Assembly: GCF_009914755.1 (NCBI RefSeq) | Contig: NC_060938.1 | Length of the DNA stretch: 64,000 nucleotides | Strand: one strand, 5' to 3' | Origin: the human T2T-CHM13v2.0 reference genome, Homo sapiens | Shown here: piece by piece, positions 13,900-29,335 of the stretch | How the letters are laid out: every line of letters starts with the position of its first letter | Position numbering within the stretch: the stretch's first letter is position 1 | Made by a program: the position numbers and the translations under genes | The notes under the pieces: generated by a model | Told to the model about the DNA's origin: nothing | Database searches by the model: none | Seen by the model: only the letters and a program-made list of their open reading frames with translations

Positions 13900-14115
13900 A
13901 TTATAAATGCAAAATTGCTTCTAAAATATGAGCAAACAAAATTTAGCAATATATAAAAAGCTGATCATAGTACATAATACATAGAAAAAATAATCACCAT
14001 AACCAAGTGGAGTTTCTTCCAGTGATGCAATCTGGTTCAATGTATGAAAGTCAGTCAGTGAAATCCATCATATTAACAGGCTAAGGAAGAAAAAACATCA
14101 CACGTTCATATCAGT

Positions 14116-14558
14116 TGCTATAGTTTGGATGTGGTTTGTTTCTGCTAAAACTCATTGTGAAATTTGATCCCCAGTGTAGTGGTGTTGGAAGGTGGGGCCT
14201 AGTGGAAGGTGTTTGGGTCATTGAGGTGGGTCACTGATGAATAGATTAATGCTTTCCCACGGGAGTGAATGAATTCTCACTCTCCAGAGAGTGGGTTGTT
14301 GTCAAAGGGGGTTTGGCTTCCTAGACTCTCTCTTGCTTCCTCTCTCACCATGTGATCACTTTGCACATGCCTGCTTGATTTTCCACCTCTCTACCACATT
14401 TTGTCCCAGCAAACAGCCCCCACCAGAAGGCAGCCAGATGTGGTGCAATGCTCTTGAACTTCCCAGCCTGCAGAATTGTGAGTGAAATAAATCTCTTTTT
14501 TTAATAAATTGCCCAGCCTCAGGTATTCTTTTATAGCAACATAAAATGGACCAAGGTA
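14116..14558 (+). mobile_element. MST (MSTB/C-like) solo LTR
   Basis: TGCTATAGTTTGGATGTGGTTTG start; TSD TCAGT/TCAAT. Confidence 0.8.
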
Positions 14559-15952
14559 TCAATTGATGCAGAAAAATTATTTGACAAATACATGATCTTT
14601 AGGGGGAAAAGACCTCTTAGAAAAATAGGAGTAAAGGAGAGCTTCCTTAACTTGATAAAGAATGTCTACAAAAAACCCACAACTTAACATCATTATACTT
14701 AGTAGTGAAAGGCTGAGTGCTTTTCACCTAAGTTCTTCCCTAAGAACTAGGCAAGGATGCCTACTATCACCACTTTTATTCCACACAATGCTGGAGCTTC
14801 CTATTCAGTGCATTAAGACAAAAAAGTAAAATGAAACAAAAATGTACAGATCAGAGAGGAATAAATAAAACTGTCCATGTTTGCAGATGACATACACAGA
14901 AAATCTCAAGGGCACTACCAAAAAGCTCCTAAAGCTAATAAGTGAATTCAATAAAGTTGTGGTATACAAGATAAATATACAAAATAAATTATATTTCTAT
15001 ATATTAGCAACAAACATATACACCAACATTTATAATCATTCAAAAAAAGAGAAAAACTTAGTTTTCAATCTAACAAAACATGTATGGGACTCATGTACTG
15101 AAAACTACATAATACTGATGAAGAAAGCAAGGAAGATCTAAATAAATGAAGAGATATTCTGTGCTTATGTAATAGAAGACTCACTCTAGTACAGATGTCA
15201 GTTCTCCCAAATTGATATTCCAGTTTAGTGCCATTCCTATCAAAATCTCAAGTATTTTATGGATAGAGGTAAGATTATTTTTGGGTTTATAGGAAACAAC
15301 AAAACACTAGAAGAGCTAAAACAATTTTGAAAAGGAACAATAAAATGGGATAAATCAGTCTACCTGATTTTGAGACTTACTATAAAGCTACAGGAATTAA
15401 GATTGTGTGGTATTAGTGGAGGGTTAGACATATGGATCTGTAGAACAAGTTAGAGAACCCAGAAATAGACCCATACAAATGTGCCCAAATTGATTTTTGA
15501 CAAAGATACAAAAAATCAACTCAATGGAGAAAAGATGGCTTTGCAAACAAATGGTGCTAAAGCAATTGTACATCTATGGGTACACAATAAACAATGCCCT
15601 AAATCTCACACCTCATGCAAAAGTGAACTCAAAATGGGTCATGTTAGTTAAATGCTAACATGAAACTATTAAACTTTTCCAAAAATAAAGGAGAAAATGT
15701 TCGAGATCTAGGGCTAGGCAAAGATCTCTTAGACTTGTCACTGAAAACAAAATCTACAGAAGCAAAAATTGGTAAATTTGAACTTCATCAAAATTAAATG
15801 CTTTTGCTTCATAAAGTCCTGGTAAGATGAAGAAAAGACAAGCCACATACTGGGAAAAATATTTACAAACCACGCATCTGACAAAGACTAGTATCTAGGG
15901 TGTATAAAGAATCCTCAAAACTCAACATTAAAAAAGCAAACAATCTACAGGC

Positions 15953-16358
15953 TGTGTTAGTCCATTCTGGGACTGCTATAAAGAAATACGTGAGACTGGG
16001 TAATTTATAAAGAAAAGAGGTTTAATTGGCTCTCAGTTCTGCAGGCCGTACACGAAGCATAGTGGCTTCTGCTTCTAGGGAGGCTTCAGGAAGCTTCCAA
16101 TTATGGCAGAAGGCAAAGGGGGAGTGAGGTACTTCACATGGCTGGAGCAGGACAAAGGGAGGAGGACAGGTTCCACACACTTTTAAACAACCAGATCTTA
16201 TGAGCACTCACTATCATGATGACAGCACCAAGGCGTATAGCATTAAATCATGAGAAACTGCCCCCATGGTTCAATCACCTCACACAGGGCCGCACCTCCA
16301 ACACTGGGGATTACAATCTGACATGAAATTTGGTGGGACACAGATCCAAACCGTATTA
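15953..16358 (-). mobile_element. MSTA-like solo LTR
   Basis: TGTGTTAGTCCATTC..GCTATAAAGAAATAC..CACAGATCCAAACCGTATTA. Confidence 0.82.
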
Positions 16359-16608
16359 AGGCAATAGACATTTCACTAAAGAAAATATGCTTATGGCAAG
16401 TAAGTACCTGAAAAGATATTCCAGATCATTAGTCATGAGGGAGATGCAAATTAAAACCACAATGAGATACTGTTACATGTCTTTCAAAATGGCTAAAACA
16501 AAAATTAGTCACAACACCAAATGCTGGAAAGGATGTGGAGAAATTGCTTGTGTGAATGCAAAATGTGACAGCCATTCTGGGAAAAAACAATCTGGCAGTT
16601 TCCTTTAA

Positions 16609-16937
<329 letters not shown>

Positions 16938-17778
16938 TGCCTTTAAAATTCAAACATGCAACAATCATACAACCCAACAGTTACACTCCTGGCCATTTAT
17001 CCCAGAGAAATGAAGATTTAGTTCACACAATAACCTGTATATAAATGTTTATAGAAGCTTTATTTGTAATTGTCAAGAAAAATTGGAAACAACACAAATA
17101 AGGTGGGATTTGAGAGACTGAAGACAATGGAAAGACCAGGGAGTCTATATGAGTGGAGAGGGAATGGTGAAGAGCTTGTCCACGAATGGGGAGAGGAGTT
17201 GGACGAGTTGCATGGTCCCTCCTTCTCCACTTTCCCCTCCCTGTATGCATTTATCCCTGATGTGGAAGGGAGTCAGGTGTGCTAAGCCAAGGAAGAGTCT
17301 GAAGAAGAAATGGAAGAAAAAAGAGAAGACAGGCAGGCAACTTCCAGTTCCATCAAGGGGGCAACCATGGAGCAGGACAGCTGCTCCTAAACTCAGAGGG
17401 GCAGCAGGAAAACCCCTGCATTTTGCTTTTAATAATATTTGGATTATTTAATTTTTTAAAAGTCAAAGAAGTTTTAAAATTCTAATGAAATACTGAAAAG
17501 CTAATTTTAAAAAGTATTCCTTTGCCACAGTAAATTTACTATTATGAGATAAAAACTAATAAATTCACTTAATTAGGTATTTTTTAGGCATCTGGATGAA
17601 AAGTACATATTGCATAATTATAGACATGGCTGTAAAGAGGGCAATATTTAATATTAGCTCAACTTTATTTTATATTGACCCAGCACATTTTTTCTGAAAA
17701 GCTAAAATAACTGTCACGTTATCTCTTCTAGGTTGATGATATGTAAAGATAGAAAATTAATGTCAAGTTTTATAGATC

Positions 17779-18224
17779 AGTAAACCAAAAAGTATCTGAG
17801 ACTGGTCTCAGTCAATTTAGAAGTTTATTTTGCCAAGGTTAAGGACATGCCCAGGAGAAAAGAACATTGAATCACAGAAACAGCCTGTGGTCTGCACCTT
17901 TCTCCAAAGATGGTTTTGAGGACTTCAGTATTTAAAGGGGGAAAGCAGGCTGAAGGGGAAAGATGGAAGGTATGGTCATCTACATGTTGCAAGATAAAAG
18001 GAGCAGGTAGGAGAACAGTCAACTATGTATTCATCTCACACTCAGTAAATCAGAACTTTGCATAAGATTATGAGCATAGAGTAGCTACCTGTGGAAATAT
18101 TTAACCTTTTATCTGTAGCTATCTGCTTAAGAACAAAAGGAAAGGCAGCTTCTTGCATGGCTCAACTTTCAGTTTAATCTTTTTCCTCTTGCACAGTCAA
18201 TTGGGTTTTTATTTTGCTTTCATA
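17779..18224 (-). mobile_element. MER4 (MER4A-like) solo LTR
   Basis: GTAAACCAAAAAGTATCTGAGAC..TTTATTTTGCCAAGGTTAAGGAC is the antisense MER4 3' end. Confidence 0.8.
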
Positions 18225-18779
18225 GATACCTAGACAGGTCAAGGTGCTTGCTTAAACTTAGTGACTCCTGAGCAGAGGTGTAATTCAAATGGCCATGGCC
18301 GTGATGCTTAAATTGTGCTTTGCATTTCACTGCTGTGCTTGTATGAGAGTACAAAAGATTCTGAGAGCCAAATTAAATTTCTAAGTGTTTTAGCTCTTAG
18401 TTTCCACAAACAAATCAAAATACCAGTATAAATCCAACTATAGGGCAAGACAGCAATATCATTACATAATGGACCAGATTAAGAATATGCAGTTGCACAC
18501 ATGTTTAGAAAAACCTGAGAAGTTATCAGCAAACACATGTAACATGGCTTGTGCTCAGCTATCCTCCACATCTTCTGCCTGTCTTTTGTGCTACCAGGTT
18601 CATTTGCTGCTTGGATAGTTCACTTGAGCCTAAGTGGCTCATAACCATGGGACATCTGTAAAGGATGTTAAAGATGCTCACTGGTCTATTTCTGAATTTA
18701 TGTTTTCTAGCCAGGCAGAGCACAGCTATAGAAAATATTTTCCTTTGTCAAACATATATTTGATACAGTACTGTCCTTT

Positions 18780-19377
18780 TGATAGAGGAAGGAGGCAGCC
18801 AAATGTCTAGGCAGATAAGGGTCCCCAGTGAAACCCCACCTTCAAGCCGAAGACAGTCCTGGGTAAATCCTTGGACCACACTGAGGACCTGTCTTCTCAT
18901 TTGGTGCACTTTCCTCTGATCAATCCCCACCCTTCACCTATTTTACATATACCTACACTTTCCTAATTGGTTTTCTACACTATCATGCCCACCTTTGAGT
19001 GGTGTCTTCCCTTTAACCGTTTTTGTGTACTCACAAACCAATCAGCATGCACTCCCTATTCTGAGCCCATAAGGGCCCCAGGCTCAGCCACATTAGGGAA
19101 CTTTTCCTGCCTTTGTGTAGTGGGACCACTCCCACATCCCCTTCCTGCTGAAAGCTGTTTCTCACCTTGTATACTCTTCGATTGTCAGCATCCTCATTCT
19201 TCTTGGACACTAGAAGAGAACTCAGGAAGCAGTGGGCAAGCCAGACTCAACTGGGGTGGGCCAAATGAGTGGGCCGTCTCCTGCAGCAGGTAGCATGGCC
19301 AAGCGAGGCCCAGGCATGGTGTCACCGGCCGGGGGTCCCTGGCTTGCAAAGTGACAGAGAGAAAAATCCTTTTATCA
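18780..19377 (+). mobile_element. ERV1 solo LTR (MER61/LTR27-28-like)
   Basis: TGATAGAGG..GGTCCCCAGTGAAACCCCACCTTCAAGCC..CCAATCAGCA..AAAAATCCTTTTATCA; TG..CA ends. Confidence 0.7.
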
Positions 19378-19564
19378 TTTTATTAAGCTTTTAATTTTTT
19401 CACATTTCATGATGATCATTTATTATAAGAAGTACTTGGCATTTTTATTTTAAAAAATAGCACAACTTTCTGCCTTAAGAGAAGAATTAAAATGATAAAC
19501 TTTGGACATTTTCTGTGATTTACATTTGACCTTGGTATGTCCCACAATTCCTTGATAAATAAAC

Positions 19565-20169
19565 TTTTTTTTTCAAGACAGGATCTCACTCTCTTGCCTA
19601 GGCTGAAGTGCAGTGATGCAATCATAGATCACTGTAGCCTCCAACTTCTGGGCTAGAGTGATCCTCTTGACTCAGCTTCCTGGGTAGCTGAGACCACAGG
19701 TTTGTGCCACTATGCCCACTAATATTTTAATTTTTTGTAGAGACAGAGTCTTGCTCTATTGCCTAGGCTAGAATGCAGTGGTGCAATAATAGCTCACTGC
19801 AGACTCCAACACCTGGACTAGAACAATCCTCTCTCCTCAACCTCCTCAGTAGCTAGGACTATAGGTGTGTGTCACCATGCCTAGTTAATTTTTAAATTTT
19901 TTTGAGATAGGGTCTCTCTCTGTTGCCTAGGCTAGAGTGCAGTGATGCAATCATAGCTCACTGCAGCCTCCAACACCTAGGCTAGGGCGATCCTCCCGCC
20001 TCAGCCTCCTGAGTAGCTTGGACCAAACTTAGTTAATTTTTTAATTTTTTGTAGAGACAGGGTCTTGCTATGTTGCTCAGGCTGATCTTGAACTCCTGGC
20101 TTCAAGCAATCCGCCCCCCTCAGCCTCCCAAGGTGCCAGGATTACAGGAGTAAGCCACCACATGTGGCC
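19565..20169 (-). mobile_element. Tetrameric AluJ (one left arm plus three right arms)
   Basis: Four consecutive antisense arms inside one flanking repeat, ATAAAT(T)AAAC. Confidence 0.88.
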
Positions 20170-21245
20170 ATAAATTAAACATTTTAAGATAAAATTCACA
20201 TTTACATTGCAAAAGGAATGTTTAGAGTTATCTCTGAAGCACCAACTCTGCTGAGGAGCCCATGTCAGCTACTCAGGAGTCTGGGAAGTGGTTTTGTTTA
20301 TTAATTTATTTTTGAAAATTCACTTTATAATGCTCTGAGTGCTTTAAGTTTTTGTTAGTTCCATGAATTCCCCTTCAGTAGTTGAATTAATTCAAATCTG
20401 GATTTTGTAACCACATTAAAAATGTTATTTATCAGGAAGTTGAGGCAACTTCTAAATAAGAATAATAATTTTTTACAGAGAACTTGTGTTTTCAAAGTTG
20501 TTAACATTGATTTAATATCCAGTTTCAGTTCCTGTATCAAATGTCAGAGTAAAATAAATCTTTAATGTCATGAGTAATCTCTAGACTGATGAAATAGCAA
20601 ATCGAATGTTGAGTCAATAAGCAGGAAACTTTGGCTTTGATATTACACTTTTACTCATTTGGAAGTAAAAAAGATACTTTAAAATGAAAAGTAGTCACAC
20701 ACATTAAGGGAAAGCATGAGATATAATGCAGACTGTCGAAGATAAGACGTGCACATGCGTATTTTTATTACATGTGTTTAGCATTTTGGTTGCAACTACC
20801 TAAAGTTGTTATTTCTTTGAGTATTAAGAAGGCTTTGCACCTCACACTGTGCATGCTCACATACCAAACATTTGTGCAAAATAAGGCTTCACTTTCCACT
20901 TGAAAACTCTAGCGGGGTCAAGATGTTAAAGAGTTCCAACCTAGATCTTGTTATCCAGGAAAAAGGGAAGAAATGCAAGCAGCTTACAAAGATAATATTT
21001 ATTGGAGAATATGCCTCATTGTTAATTAATATGAGTTTCTATAAAACATAAACTCTAATAATTTAGTGAGTTAATATCATATGCTGGACACTGTGCTGTC
21101 TGTTTAGATTTTCTAGTTTCCTACTTCTTATTTTAGCAATGGCTTATTTAGTACCACTAATTAATCTATATTTTATAAGATCTCACTCCACTTATTCTGT
21201 GATATCTCCTGGTCTCTGATTTCTTTCCAAATGACTGAATGTATA

Positions 21246-21969
21246 CAGGCATACTTTGTTTTATTGTGTTTCACAGATACTGGATTTTTTACAAATTGAA
21301 GGTTCGTGGCAATTATGCACCAAGCAAGTCTATCAGGGCCATTTTTTCCAACAGCATGTGCTCACTTTGTAAGTCTGTGTCACTTATTGGTAATTCTCAC
21401 AACATTTCAAACTTTTTCATTTTTATTATCTCTGTTATGGTGATCTATGATCAGTTATCTTTGATTTACTATTGTAGATGTGTTGGGGCTCATTAACTGC
21501 ACCTGAACTTAATCGATAAATGTGTGTGATCTGACTTTCCCACTGACTAACCATTCTATCTCTCTCTCTCTCCTCCAGCCTCCCTAGTCCCTGAGACACA
21601 AGAATATTGCAGTTAGGCCAATTAATAACCCAACAACGGCCTCTGAGTATTCACGTGAAAGGGAGAGTTGCACCCTGATTAGTCAGCAGCCATCAACATG
21701 GAGGCAAAACCCTCCACCAGCAAGAAGATTATGACTCACTGAAGGCTCAGGTGATTGTTAGTGTTTTTTAGCAATAAAATATTTTAAATTAAGGTATGTC
21801 CATTGGTTTAAGATATAATACTATTGCACACTTAATGGACTACAGTATAGTGTCAACATAACTTTTACATGCACTAAGAAAGCAGAAATTTCATGTGACT
21901 CATTTTATTGCAATATTTGCTTTATTGTGGTGGTCTAGAACTGAACCCATAATATCTCAGATATTCCTG
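21246..21969 (+). mobile_element. Tigger1 internal-deletion derivative
   Basis: TA-CAGGCATAC...ATATTCCTG-TA termini; 5' and 3' Tigger1 ends joined near 21673, transposase ORF absent. Confidence 0.87.
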
Positions 21970-22117
21970 TACTTTAGTGAGCACTTTATCTTTTTTGTTT
22001 AGCGTAATCAAGTATAAAGCAAACACTTTATCTTAACCATTAATTTCATCCAGCAGCATCTAAGACCAAGACACTGGCCAAATCATGTTCTTTTTTTCCA
22101 TTTAAAAATGCAAAATG

Positions 22118-22479
<362 letters not shown>

Positions 22480-22749
22480 TCAACCCATTGAAATAAGAAC
22501 AATTAGCACTGTCAATATCATTCCTCACTAAAAGGAGTCAGAACTCTTTGGGTAAACGTCAGATTCTGAGTCTGAGGTAGAAAGGCACAAGAAGCTGGAA
22601 CATCTTATCACGTTGGAAAGAAAGAAAACAATCAAAGAATATTGAAGACAAATTGAAAAGTGTCCTACTGATTAAAAATGGCCCAATTTGAGCATCAAAA
22701 ATAATTTGAGGTAGATTTGAAAAGCATCATGTTGGAATCCATAAGTCTA

Positions 22750-23054
<305 letters not shown>

Positions 23055-24473
23055 TCATTAATATGAAGTGATAAATAAAAGGATAGAAGCAAGCGTTTAT
23101 TCTGTCTTTCCTTTATGACTAAATTCCAGTAATACATGCAGAAAGAATTAATTAAAAATGATTAAAATATTACCCATTAATAACTCCTAATTAAAACATT
23201 ACCCATTTATAATACCTAATGAAATAATGAATATTACCACTTAGTAGGTGAAAGGTTGGTTTGGAACACTATGATGAATAAATTAGCCTAACAACTCTCA
23301 GATCTACGGATCAATCTTAACATCTCAAAGACAAAGACAATGCATTATGTTCTTCCTACTGCCATGCAACAGGCACTACATGGCACCATCTATGAACCTA
23401 AATCACAAATCCAGAATTCGGATGAGTTTACAGGACAAACGACTTGCAGGGGGCACTGTTACAGATTAAAAGAAATTTTAGGAACTCTAACAACAAAATG
23501 CACTGTGTGAACCTTGTTTGGATCCTGATTCAAACCAACCAATTATAAAAAGACACTAATGAGACAATTTGGAAATTTGAATGATGATATTAAGTCTAAT
23601 AGATATTGAGGAAATTAAGAATATGTTTTCATATATTTAGTTTTAGGAAAATCACATTGTGGTTATATTAAACAAAAGAGATCCTTGCCTCCACTGAGAC
23701 ATATACTGGCGTCTTAATGAAAGAAATGATATATCCGGGTTTTACTTAAAATAATCTAGTGGGGTGTGAGAAGTGTAAAGTCAGTTGTTGCATAATATGG
23801 GGGGTTGTTATACTGCTTTCTCTATTTTTTGTGTAAGTTTGAACGTTTCCATAAGAAAAAGTTTCAAAGGTGACAAAATATCACTCCATTCATTTGTTCT
23901 TTTGAAAAACACTAGGGTTTGCACTAGTGTGCTGGGCACCCCAACATATTACATAACTCACATTTATTTTTGGTGAAGGAAAAATATCATTAAATACTGT
24001 GATTAAAAATAGAGATAAAAAATAAAGCACCAGGACACAGACCAAGCAAATAGTTATGATTGGGGAATGGCTTACGTGGGTTGGAGAAAGTTTTGTCAGA
24101 GAGATGACATTTGCACTCCATCAGCTAACTCACTTGAGGCTGGCTTCAATGGGCAGGCGTTCTCTAAAACTACATCAGGAAAAAGCAACCTATCTCATAA
24201 GGACTTCACAAGCATTTGGTTTTCTCTTCTTGTTACAATATGTATAATTTGTTTTCTGGGAAAGGTGCACATAGATCTGCATGTGGTTAGCAAATTTAAA
24301 AAAAGTAAATGGTTAAAAGTTGCTAATCTCATTTGTTTTCCAAAAGAAAGGGGAAAATAATTCACTTCATTGTAAATATTAAGGGAATTTTGAGCCTATA
24401 AAGGGATTTTAGGTAAGGGTTTCAAAATTTAGAAGGTATTTTTTTCCAAATTAAGGGAAAAAAGATACAACTA

Positions 24474-25262
24474 CAGTCATGCATAACTTAACAACATGGA
24501 TACATTCTAAGAAATGCATCATTAGCAATTTTCTTCATTGTGCAAACATCATAGGGTATACTTACACAAGTCTGGATGGTACATCTTGCTACACCCTAGG
24601 TTATACAATATAGCCTGATGACAAAAAAAGGAAACTGAGGCAAAATTAATATTGAGAGTTTATTTGGGCCAAGGTTGAGGACTGCAGCCCCAGAAACTCT
24701 GGGAAGTGCTCATTTCAGCCCTCCTTACAAGCTGGTTTTTAAAAGGCAAAAGGGCACAAGGAGTGAGCTGATAGAAAACTGTTTGAATAGGAATTCTCAC
24801 TGGTTTACAGAAATAACATCGATTAGTAACTTGCTACACATTGTTGAACTACAGAGTATGAGTTTCAGCTTCTGACATGTGGCATTTTATGGCTACATGG
24901 CATCAGATAGTCTAGCACCCACATAGCGAAGTCTTCAGGAGGTAATTATTTAGCTCAAAGGGTGAGTGAGATGAGACTGCTGTCACATTTTAATGTCTCT
25001 CTGGGCCTGATAATTTAAAAGGGGCTCATATTCCTCAGATAAAAATTTCTTTTCTCTCTCAATCTGATTGTTATTATTAGGCTACAAACTGTACAGCATG
25101 TGGCCATACTGAATACTGTAGCCAATGGTAACACAATGGTAAGTATTTGTATATATAAACATAAAGAAGGTACAGTAAAAATATGGTATTATTTTCTTAC
25201 AGGATGACCACCATACATATGGTTCCTTGTTAACAGAAACATCATCAAGCAATGTGTGGCTA
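24474..25262 (-). mobile_element. Tigger3a (Golem) MITE split by an LTR
   Basis: TA-CAGTCATGC start, TTCTAAGAAATGCATCATTAG; resumes at TAGGCTACAAACTGTACAGCATG after the LTR. Confidence 0.8.
24616..25061 (-). mobile_element. ERV1 MER4-group solo LTR (MER65-like)
   Basis: Antisense reads TGAGAGAGAAAAGAAATTTTTATCTGAGGAATATGAGCCCC...; TG..CA ends; interrupts Tigger3a. Confidence 0.7.
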
Positions 25263-26199
25263 TATTTCAAACCTAGATTGCTATCTATATTGACATTTAT
25301 ATATAGTAAATGCCATAAATGTCTTTGAAGGAAAAAATAGTATGCATTCCTTCTAAAATTAGTTTAGATATGGTGAGGCCTTTTCCTGAGAGTAATGGTT
25401 TTATTTTTCTTTGACTCCAGTGGTAAATGAACAGCATTGGCTATCTCTCCACAGGGCCACCAACTACAAAGGAACTGGAAGACCTCTGAAATTTGGGACT
25501 ACGGCAGATTTCATAATTTGCCTTGCGCATTTGGGAACTGCTAGTAAATCTTCTTTCTCATCACTGACATCAGTATGTTTTTGCTCCAAATTTGTATTTA
25601 GTGAAGGCTGAACTCCTAATTGTCATTGCCCCATAGTAAAGCATAGTTGAGCCTGACTGACAGACTAATGAAGCTCAAGTTACTGGGAACGGAGGTTTTA
25701 CGAGGTTGCCCTGAGATTGATCCCACTGAGCTGGGAGTCCAGAGGGTCCCATGAAGGCTACTCTGCTTCATGACCTCAGGAGAGTTGATGCAAAGAAGAT
25801 AGAGCAGCTGAATTTGGTTCAAAGCCAACCTGGCAGTGGTAAGAGTATTAATATACAAGACAAGTGTTTACAGATGAAGATGTTGTGGAATAGGATGGGA
25901 GGAAGTAGGATTAACTAGTACAATTATTCATCAAGTCTAAATCATTATAGCATCTTTGAATCAGAAGACAATGGAGAGTTATTTAATTAGGACTCCCATT
26001 GAATCAAGAACTTCCTCTTCCAGATTCCTAAAAAGTGGTTATCTATTTGGAAGACCACCAAACAAATAGAGCACAAGAAATAAATGATGAATTCTCCTCA
26101 TTTCCCTTAAGCTTTTATAAAAAATATATTTTGTAACAAACATACTGTACATATCCTGAGTGTGGCTGAAGACAGGTATGAGCCACTGCACCTGGCTCA

Positions 26200-29100
26200 A
26201 AAGCAGGAACTTTTACTCATTACTAATGGGAATGCCAAATTGTATAGCAACTTTGGAAGAATGTTTGGAAGTTTCTTACCAAACTAAACATACTCTTTGA
26301 TATGGTTTGGCTGTGTCCCCACCCAAATCTCATCTTGAATTGTAGTTTCCATAATCCCCACATGTTGTGAGAGGGACCCAGTGAGAGGTAACTGAATCAT
26401 GGTGGTGGTTACCCCCATGTTTTTCTCATGATAGTGAGCGAGTTCTCATGAGATCTGATGGTTTTATAAGCAGCTTTTCCCCTTTGCACAACACTTCTCC
26501 TTCCTGCTACCATGTGAAGAAGAACATTTTGCCTCTCCTTTCACCATGATTCTAAGTCTCCTGAGGCTTCCTAGCCCTGTGGAACTTGGAGTCAATTAAA
26601 CCTCTTTCCTTTATAACTTACCTAGTCTTAGGCAGTTCTTAGGCAATTTAGTAATACACTAAATTGGTACCGAGGGAGTGAGGCACTGCTAAAAGGATAA
26701 CCAAAAAATTCCAAAGTGACTTTGGAATGGGGTCACAGGCAGAGACTGAAACAATTTGGAGGGTTCAGAAGACAACAAGAAAATGTGAGAAAGTTTGGAA
26801 CTTCCTAGAGACTTAGAGATCTCAGAAGACAGGAACATGTGGGAAAGTTTGGACCTTCCTAGAGACTTGTTGAATGGTTTTGACCAAAATGCTGATAGCG
26901 ATATTGACAATTAAGTCCAGCCTGAGGTAGTAGCAGATGGAGATGAGGAACTTCTTGGTAACTGGAGCAAAGGTTACATTTGCTTTGCTTTAAGAAAGAG
27001 ACTGGCGGCATTTTGCCCCTGTCCTAGAGATCTGTGAAATTTTGAACTTGAGAGAGATGATTTAGGGTATATAGTAGAAAAAATTTCTAAGCAGCAAAGC
27101 ATTCAAGAGGAAGCAGAACATACAAGTTTGAAAATTTGCAGCCTGATGAGGTGATGAAAAAGAAAAGCCCATTTTCTGGGGAAAAATTCAAGCCCACTGT
27201 AGAAATTTGCATAAGTAACAAGGAGCCAAATGTTAATCACCAAGACAATGGGGCAAATGTCTCTGGGGCATGTCAGAGAACTTCACCCCAGCCCCTCCCG
27301 TCACAGATGTGGATCCCTAGGAGGGAAAAATGGTTTCATGGGCCCCCATGCTCTGTGCAGCCTCAGGACATGGTGCCCTGCATCCCAGCTGCTTTAGTTC
27401 CAGCTGTGGCTAAAAGGGGCCAAGGTACAGCTCAAGCCATTGCTTCAGAGGGTGCAAGCTCAAGCCTTGGCTGCTTGCATGTGGTGCTGGGCCTCTGAGT
27501 GCACAGAAGTCAAGAACTGAGGTTGGGGAACCTCTGCCTAGATTTCAGAAAATGTATGGAAACACCTGGATGTCCAGGCAGAAGTTTTCTGCAGGGGAGG
27601 AGCCCTCATGGAGAACCTCTGCTAGGGCAAAGGGAAATATGGGTTTGGCGCCCCCACACAGAGTCCCCACTGGGGCACTGCATAGTGGAGCTGTGAGAAG
27701 AGGGCCACTGTCCTTCAGACCCCAGAATGGTAGATCAACTGACAGCTTGCACTATGTACCTGGAAAAGCCACAGACACTCAACACCAGCCATGAAAGCAG
27801 CCAGGAGGAGGGCTGTACCCTGCAAAGCCACAGGGTGGAGGTATCCAAGGCCATAGGAGCCCACCTCTTGCTTCAGTGTGACCTGGATGTGAGTCATGGA
27901 GTCAAAGGAGATCATTTTGGAACTTGAAGGTTTAATGACTGCCCTATTGGGTTTTGGACTTGCAGGGGCCTGTAGCTCCTTTGCTTTGACCAATTTCTCC
28001 CATTTGGAATGGGTATATTTACCCAATTCCCATACTCCCATTTTGTCTAGGAAGTAACTAACTTGCTTTCGATTTTACAGGCTCCTCCTAGGTGAAAGAG
28101 ACTTGCCTTGTCTCAGATGAGACTTTGGACTTGGACTTTTGGGTTAATGTTGGAATGAGCTAAGACTTTGGGGGATTTTGGAAAAGCATGATTGTGTTTT
28201 GAAAAGTGAGGACATGAGATTTGGGAGGGGTCAGAGTAGAATGATATGGTTTGTCTGTGTCCCCAACCAAAACTCATCTTGAATTTTACTTCCCATAACC
28301 CCTACATGTCATGGGAGGGACCCAATAGGAGGTAACTGAATCATGGGGGTGACTACCCCCATGCTGTTCTCATGATAGTGAGTTCTCATGAGATCCATGG
28401 TTTTATAAGGGGCTTTTCCCCTTTGCTTAGCACTTCTCCTTCCTGCCACCATGTGAAGAAGGATGTATTTGCTTCCCCTTCTGCCATGATTCTAAGTTTT
28501 CTGAGGCCTCCCCAGCCATGCAGAACTATGAGTCAATTAAACCTCTTTCCTTTATAAATTACCCAGTCTCAGGCAGTTCTTTATAGCAGCATGAGAACAG
28601 CCTAATATACTCCTATACTGTTAGCCAGTAATTGTGCTCCTTGGTATTTACCCAAAGGAGTTGAAAACATTTGTACACAGAAAAACCTACACATCAATGT
28701 TTATTGCATCTTTATTCACAATTGGCAAAACTTGGAAACAAACAAGATGCCCTTCAATAGGTGAAAAGATAAACTGTGGTACCTCCAAACAATGGAATAT
28801 TATTTAATGATAAAAAGAAATGGGCTATCAAGGTACAAAAAAGACAAGTAGGAAGCTTAAATGCATATTGCTAAATGAAAGAAGTCGATCTGAAAAGGCT
28901 ACATACTGTATGAGTCCAACTATATGACATTCTGGAAAAGGCAAAACAGTAAAAGGACCACTGATTGCCAGGTATTAAGAAGGGGGTAATGGGGAGGGAT
29001 GAATAGGCAGAGCACAGGGGATTCACAGAGCAGTAAAACTATGCTGAATTATATTGAAATTGTGAATACATGTCATCATATATTTGTCAAAACCTATAGA

Positions 29101-29335
29101 ATGTACAACACAGAGTGAATCCTAATATAAACTACCAGGTTTAGTTAAAAATAATGTGTCAACATTGTGCCAGCAATTGTAACAAATGTATCACTGTAAT
29201 GCAAGATGTTAACAGTAGTGGAAACTGCTTGCATGGGAAGTGGGGTTATGTGGGAATGCTCTGTTCTTTCTATTTGATTTTTCCAGAAACCTAAAACTGC
29301 TCCAAAACATAAAGTTGATTAACAATATTTTTTTA
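26200..29335 (+). mobile_element. L1MC-type 3' end, host of the THE1 element
   Basis: AAACTAAACATACTCTT continues after THE1 as CCAGTAATTGTGCTCCTTGGTATTTACCCAAAGGAGTTGAAAAC and the L1M 3'UTR (GAAAAGGCTACATACTGTATGA..). Confidence 0.8.
26298..28609 (+). mobile_element. Full-length THE1 (C/D-type): 5' LTR 26298-26658, internal region 26659-28241, 3' LTR 28242-28609
   Basis: Two similar TGATATGG.. LTRs flank THE1-int; TSD CTCTT/CTCCT. Confidence 0.93.

Noticed and set aside
25700-25845. Possible exon ending at a GTG/GTAAGA donor
   Set aside because: Single motif only; no convincing acceptor, reading frame or partner exons.
26765-26870. About 55-bp tandem duplication in THE1 internal sequence
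   Set aside because: As I recall, a similar duplication occurs in some THE1-int subfamily consensuses, so it is probably inherited rather than locus-specific.
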